A stretch of DNA of 63,063 nucleotides, the filler included, from Globobulimina sp. (Eukaryota): NCBI GenBank assembly GCA_003354225.1. It is 49 parts of 49 records of this genome, joined end to end, with 100 filler letters (N's around TTAATTAATTAA, not from the genome) between each part and the next. Parts side by side here need not be neighbours in the genome. Positions count along the whole stretch, not along the records: positions 56,724 to 57,911 come from PIVH01021371.1; positions 58,012 to 59,199 come from PIVH01021372.1; positions 59,300 to 60,487 come from PIVH01021373.1; positions 60,588 to 61,775 come from PIVH01021374.1; positions 61,876 to 63,063 come from PIVH01021375.1; 44 more parts are not named here. One strand, written 5' to 3'. The notes under the pieces were generated by a model. It was not told the origin of the DNA. It worked only from the letters and a program-made list of their open reading frames with translations, and did not search any database. The position numbers and the translations under genes are program-made. Shown one piece after another: positions 57,687 through 63,063 of this stretch (within the stretch, counting starts at the first letter, position 1; each line of letters begins with the position of its first letter).

Positions 57687-57911
57687 TGCAATGGAGACCG
57701 CTCGGAAAAGAACGTAGCCATTACCTTTGATGATGGACCCCATACGCAGCAATCAGCCAAAATTCTTGAAGTTCTGAAAAGATTCAACTGCCACGCAACA
57801 TTCTTTCTGATTGGCTCAAGGCTGAAAGAAAATGAGCATGTGGTTCGGCAAATGAGTGAATCCGGACATTCCGTTGGGAACCATTCATTCAGTCATTCCA
57901 ACATGTTTCCG
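57687..57911 (+). CDS. Bacterial polysaccharide deacetylase (CE4/NodB) fragment
   Basis: VAITFDDGPH, ATFFLIG, GHSVGNHSFSH; not in the ORF track. Confidence 0.9.
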
Positions 57912-58011
57912 NNNNNNNNNNNNNNNNNNNNNNNNNNNNNNNNNNNNNNNNNNNNTTAATTAATTAANNNNNNNNNNNNNNNNNNNNNNNNNNNNNNNNN
58001 NNNNNNNNNNN

Positions 58012-58303
58012 CAATGATGTCAGCATTTTCACATGACGTATCAGGTTCGATTCCTATAAGATTAGGAATATATTTTTTAAATAAGTTGTCACCACACCCT
58101 AAATCATAGATAGTAGTTGGATTTTTCTCTAATAGAAAATTTAAATAATAAAAAGATGTAAGACTGTATTCATTTGGCCAACGTTTTCTATGTTTGCTTT
58201 TTCTTGCTAAGTGGAAAGCATTTGGTTGAATTGGTTCAAAGAATTTTTCCCAATGCAAATGTTGGTAATCTTTAGCAATTGCTTTATATATGTCAGTGTT
58301 TAT
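58012..58303 (-). CDS. Class I SAM-dependent methyltransferase fragment, phage-like
   Basis: FYYLNFLLEKNPTTIYDLGCGDNLFKKYIPNLIGIE (motif I DLGCG). Confidence 0.65.
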
Positions 58304-58716
58304 TGATACGCTCCACTTGAAATTTTACACTAGTTATTTAAACGAATATTATATCTGAAGCTCTCATCAGCCATTTAATGAACCACAAATAAATAAAACA
58401 AACCATCGGAAAGAAAATCAATGCATTGGAAGCACTATTTGTCAATAATAAAAAAACAAAGCTAAAACAAACACAAAAAAAAGAATACACTGTCAATTAT
58501 CAATATGAATGGAAATAATATTTATAGTATTAGCATTTAATAAAATGAATGTAATTAATTCGTTCATTCATTCACAAAATCTGCAGATTGTATATTCATG
58601 CAAACAACAAAGGAAAAAACACTGATTCTAATTAAAAAAAGTGAAAACAAAATAAATAAATTGAGCAAAAACACTTGAAATACTTGTTAATACAATGCAA
58701 TTAACCAAAATATGAG

Positions 58717-59199
58717 TCATTGATTGGAATGATTATAATCATCGTTGTTTTTTAAGAACCGCACATCTTGCACTTTCTGACAATCCCCGCCATTCTTGGC
58801 ATCGAAGGTAGCTTTGTAAAAGGTCCCATCACTCGACACCACCACAATGCTCGTCTCATCCGAGCCAAATGCTACAATGGTCCTCACGTCGGGGACACGA
58901 AACTGCGCCAAGCTCCATTCGCTGCTAAAATACCTCGGCAAGACCGATTTAAATAGGCCAAGCGAGGAAGTCGGATTACTTTTCGGTTTCTTCTTACCTC
59001 CGTGGCCCTGACCAATCCCACCGCCACCTCCATCCTCCAAAACATCTGCAGCTTTTGCCTCCAAATCCTCCTTTTTCCCGCAAATATTCCCTTTATTATT
59101 TTTACCATTCTTTACATTCCCAATGCCCGATTTTTTCACTTTAAAAATGTGTATTGTTCCTTTATCCGATGACACCGCCAAATATGAACTTGTTTTTGG
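58717..59199 (-). CDS. WDR45: PROPPIN (WIPI3/4, ATG18-family) C-terminus
   Basis: LAVSSDKGTIHIF, NPTSSL..FKSVLPRYFSSEWSLAQF, DGTFYKATFD..GGDC. Confidence 0.9.
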   Translation of the reverse strand, partial: PKTSSYLAVSSDKGTIHIFKVKKSGIGNVKNGKNNKGNICGKKEDLEAKAADVLEDGGGGGIGQGHGGKKKPKSNPTSSLGLFKSVLPRYFSSEWSLAQFRVPDVRTIVAFGSDETSIVVVSSDGTFYKATFDAKNGGDCQKVQDVRFLKNNDDYNHSNQ

Positions 59200-59593
59200 N
59201 NNNNNNNNNNNNNNNNNNNNNNNNNNNNNNNNNNNNNNNNNNNTTAATTAATTAANNNNNNNNNNNNNNNNNNNNNNNNNNNNNNNNNNNNNNNNNNNNC
59301 CCTGACGACGAATTGAAAGATAGGATTAAAATAATATTGGTCACAATTAACAAAACTAGATTCCCTATAAATAAATACTAAAATATCAAGAAATGCAAAG
59401 CACAAAGCACTTATACGGCAAATTACATTACCTTTCTATAAAAACAAAAACAACAAAAAAACAAACAAACACTTGTGCTTTGCTTTCCTGACATAAAAAG
59501 CGATAAAATAGAAAGAATAATAAAACATTACATACTGCGATGGAACAAAAAACGTATAAAAGGACAACAAAAAAAAGTTATAATTACAAGCTG

Positions 59594-60487
59594 TCAAATC
59601 TTGTCTTTTAAGATATGATTTGCAGATTTATGCTGATTACACACAATCGATTTTATATTCTCCTGACACCATTTTAACTGTCTACTTAATTGCGAAACCG
59701 TGGGACTTTCAATAAACTTAATTCGATGCAATGAGATTTGCGTATTTTTAATTTTACGAATACGCTGTTTGGATAAATAACTATTAAATGCAACGCCCGC
59801 TCCTTTATACTCACTTTTATATGAATCACCCATTGATATTATTTTCACATCAAACTCTCCATTTAATCTCTTACCAAATTGTTCCTTATATAATTGATTC
59901 ATTATTTTCCATTTCCATTTGTGCGGTTCGACGGCATTGAAGCCATATTCATAATGTTTGCAAGCACTGAGCCAGTTATCCACTGCTGATATAATATCAA
60001 TTTTATATTTACAGATTTTCTCTGCAAACGGTCTCATTGTCGATGCAAATAATGCGCCAGAATCAAACATAGCTTCTTCTTGCACCCATTTTAACGATGC
60101 GTTGCTTAATATGGTTATATTATTTCCCACATTGTAATTAAATGCGGACAACAATGTATCCATAAAAGTATTCAATGATTGCGCATATTGCTGCAGCTCA
60201 ATGCGTTGTTTATAACTGGTGTTTTTCCAGTTTATATCATAGTTTTTAAGTTTTATCATCGTGGTTGGAATCAAGGTATCATCGAAATCCATCAATAATA
60301 ATACTTTTTGTTGACGTGCTTTGTGCGCAGCGACACGAACAGGGACAGAAACGATGGTGCTTTGCGCTTTTTGTATACACCGTTTTTTTGTGTCGTTTAT
60401 GAGTTCTTTTAAAGGTTTTGATGGATATATTTCATAGAAATGTTTGGAATTTGCAATTGGTGGTAAATATTTCTTATTAAATTGCGC
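59594..60487 (-). CDS. HAD-superfamily phosphatase-like protein (protist DxDDTL family), 5' truncated
   Basis: DFDDTLIPT (motif I), ILSNA (II), WKW (III), ISMGDS..SE (IV), IKFIESP. Confidence 0.8.
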   Translation of the reverse strand, partial: AQFNKKYLPPIANSKHFYEIYPSKPLKELINDTKKRCIQKAQSTIVSVPVRVAAHKARQQKVLLLMDFDDTLIPTTMIKLKNYDINWKNTSYKQRIELQQYAQSLNTFMDTLLSAFNYNVGNNITILSNASLKWVQEEAMFDSGALFASTMRPFAEKICKYKIDIISAVDNWLSACKHYEYGFNAVEPHKWKWKIMNQLYKEQFGKRLNGEFDVKIISMGDSYKSEYKGAGVAFNSYLSKQRIRKIKNTQISLHRIKFIESPTVSQLSRQLKWCQENIKSIVCNQHKSANHILKDKI

Positions 60488-60629
60488 NNNNNNNNNNNNN
60501 NNNNNNNNNNNNNNNNNNNNNNNNNNNNNNNTTAATTAATTAANNNNNNNNNNNNNNNNNNNNNNNNNNNNNNNNNNNNNNNNNNNNTTACAAATATTTT
60601 ACAAAAATGTCTATAATTTATTTTTTCAG

Positions 60630-61716
60630 CAGTTCACGAAATATCAATCCAAATTGGCTAAATGCCTTAAATTTAGATGATACTAAAACAGGCAAATTAT
60701 GGAAATGTAATATTTATGAGTTAAATGATCCCGATATACAGACAATAGGCTCGGAGATGTCCGCAGTTAAATATGCGGGGTTGGTTTCTAAAAATAACAT
60801 CAAACTGCCACAAAAACTACATAATAAAATGATACAATTACACCAAAATAAATCATCTCAACATCAACAAATTAATATAAAAAACAATTACAATCTAATG
60901 TTCAAATGTGGCGGTGCTGAAATACAGAATTGGTGTAATGCAGTGATTTTAAATGAATCTCAATTTCATGGTTCCCATAAATCAGACACTAATCAACTTA
61001 TTGGTTTTAACTGGACACTGCCGCGTTTAACTAAAAAAGTGGAAGGTAATGGTGCAATATTCATTGATGATATGTTTGATAGCAAGTATTATGGCTTATT
61101 GTCAATTGGCGGATATGAGGAATCCATTCAATTCAGTTCAAATATGTATTATTTACCATTTGATGATGATTTAGTAGCTGCACAACCGGAACAGTGCGAT
61201 AAATGGAAACAATTATCATGTTTACATCGAGTAAGAACGTCACCGACTTGTGTTGTGATACAAAGTAATAAGTTAATGGTTGTTGGTGGTTACAATGGTA
61301 CGTTTATTAATAATAATGAAATATATAGTTTTAATGACAATAAGTGGATGGAATGTAGCTCAATGAAGCACAGTAGAACATCGTCAGCTGTTTTGTATGA
61401 GAATAAAAGAGATAAAGTATATGTTGGAGGAGGTTATAACAACGGTTCGTTGAAATGTGTTGAACAATATGATGTAAATAAAGATAAATGGTTGGATATG
61501 CCAGCTACAAACGTGTTTCATGATGATGCAATATTTTGGACGAGGAATAATGAGAATGTTTTATGCATTGCGAGTGTTGTTGGTAATACAATAGAAACAA
61601 TAGATTTGAGACAAGCAACCAATTGGAAAACGGAGCATTTACAAACATTAAATAAATTGTTTGATGCTTTGTATGTTGACAGTGGTTTCGGCATAAATAG
61701 ATTTTGCATGTCATAA
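60630..61716 (+). CDS. Kelch-repeat protein, terminal exon
   Basis: GG-Y...Y...W kelch blades (LSIGGY, VVGGY, YVGGGY; EIYSFNDNKW, EQYDVNKDKW); TTTTTCAG acceptor ending at 60629. Confidence 0.9.
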
Positions 61717-61876
61717 ATAGATTTTACACATTCTCAATGGGATTGTTTTCAACAAAATCAGTGACGCAGTTTACTNNNNNNNNNNNNNNNNNNNNNNNNN
61801 NNNNNNNNNNNNNNNNNNNTTAATTAATTAANNNNNNNNNNNNNNNNNNNNNNNNNNNNNNNNNNNNNNNNNNNNA

Positions 61877-61972
61877 AAACGTTTCTATAATTCTCTGATT
61901 TATTTTGTCGGAAACGTTTCTATAATTCTCTGATTTATATTGTCTGAAAACGTTTCTATAATTCTCTGATAT
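61877..61972. repeat. 35-36 bp tandem repeat x~3 (AAACGTTTCTATAATTCTCTGAT...)
   Basis: Copies at 61877, 61912 and 61948. Confidence 0.9.
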
Positions 61973-61981
61973 ATCCATAAT

Positions 61982-62560
61982 TCATATACAAATCTGTGCA
62001 TATATCATTCGATTGCATATTATTTGCCATTTCTGCTCCCATTGTAATTGGATGAGCATCGTCGAACCGCGCACTATTTCCATGCAACAATTTCGCACGA
62101 GTTTATTGCGGAGATAGTTATTTAACGGAAGCGCCGACGACTGCCAATTGTTTGGTGAACAGTGATGGCACTCTGTGTAGCCCGACGGCGTCATACTGTG
62201 CGGCTGGAATGCCAACCAACAGACCGACTCTTTCGCCAACAAACAATCCAACAACAGGTAAATATATATGTGGTGCTCACCAAATCCTATATTTATACAA
62301 ATAAAAATATAATCCATCAATGCCATGATAAGAATGAATGAGTATATCGGCCGCAATGTGTGAGGCTGTGCCAACAGAAGAGAATGAACAAGTGTTGGGA
62401 GCAATTACTTCGTTGTATGGACATTCGACATGCATAGAATCGCAGCTCCCGCAGGTCATGGACAATGAGCTTGCCTCTGTTGCATAGACTTTCATCCCAT
62501 CGCAGTTATTGTATATTGCTGCATCACCACAATATATATATTGCAGTTGGAATTATCTTT
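61982..62560 (-). pseudogene. Degraded Cys-rich surface-protein gene fragment
   Basis: CGDAAIYNNCDGMKVYATEASSLSMTCGSCDSMHVECPY..CSFSS; frames broken by a probable intron and frameshifts. Confidence 0.4.
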
Positions 62561-63063
62561 ACAATATACCTCAGAATATAGGCAACTTCCATCGTACTTT
62601 ACTTCATAATGGCAACTTGCTGATTATTTGAATATTAGATAAACTACTTACAGTCTTCACAAGTGTTAGGAGCCTACGCTCGATCTGATAACAAGGATTC
62701 ATCAGTGAACTGTAACATATTCACAAACACAGCAATAACCTCTCACAAGTCACGAAATCGCAACAAATGTCTACATACAGTCAAGCAGCTAATATGAATA
62801 ATAATCCAATTAGTGGCGTCAATAACTTTCGCCGTAACAAATCAAACAGAAATATCCCGATTGAAAACAATAGAAACGATGAAAGTCGAAAATATAACAG
62901 AAGCAAATCATTAGAAGAACACAGAAAATTGGATATTATCTTCGATAAACATCATTCAATTTCAATGGTAAATACATCCAATGAGTTGAGCTCATGACCT
63001 CCTTCATTTCCAAATTACCATTAACATATATAGAGGGGGCAACACAGTAGCATTGCGGGTCGA

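Noticed and set aside
61877..61972. CRISPR array
   Set aside because: The 12-13 nt between conserved cores are near-identical, so this is a simple tandem repeat

Overview
This window is not one locus. It is an artificial concatemer of 49 unrelated short contigs sorted by length (17 x 1190 bp, 17 x 1189 bp, 15 x 1188 bp). They are joined by 48 identical 100-bp linkers (N44-TTAATTAATTAA-N44, stops in all six frames), so nothing across a linker is synteny. Most contigs are AT-rich eukaryotic nuclear DNA with short (49-101 nt) GT-AG introns. The gene repertoire (kelch, RCC1, F-box/LRR, orphan 7TM, PT-repeat mucins, ISWI, SENP, NDUFV1, PA2G4, WIPI, SLC19, MFS, GH5, GH18, carboxylesterase) suggests a rhizarian protist, probably a foraminiferan; that assignment is inference. 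Bacterial or phage-like fragments are mixed in (LpoA/LppC-like protein, ProRS, SCO, NodB deacetylase, phage-like MTase), some fused to other DNA at apparent chimeric junctions. Best leads: a Polinton/giant-virus-type adenine methyltransferase with an NPMY motif, a tandem two-domain PD-(D/E)xK nuclease, and a decayed Penelope-like retroelement that the ORF track only partly captures. Also notable are a membrane-anchored minimal SUMO protease, a triple pseudo-NDK protein, a ~1 kb diverged palindrome and a DUF1989 gene in eukaryote-like DNA. I found no rRNA, tRNA or CRISPR array, and ~1.2 kb fragments cannot support a multi-gene system. All family calls come from motif recognition by eye, not database searches.
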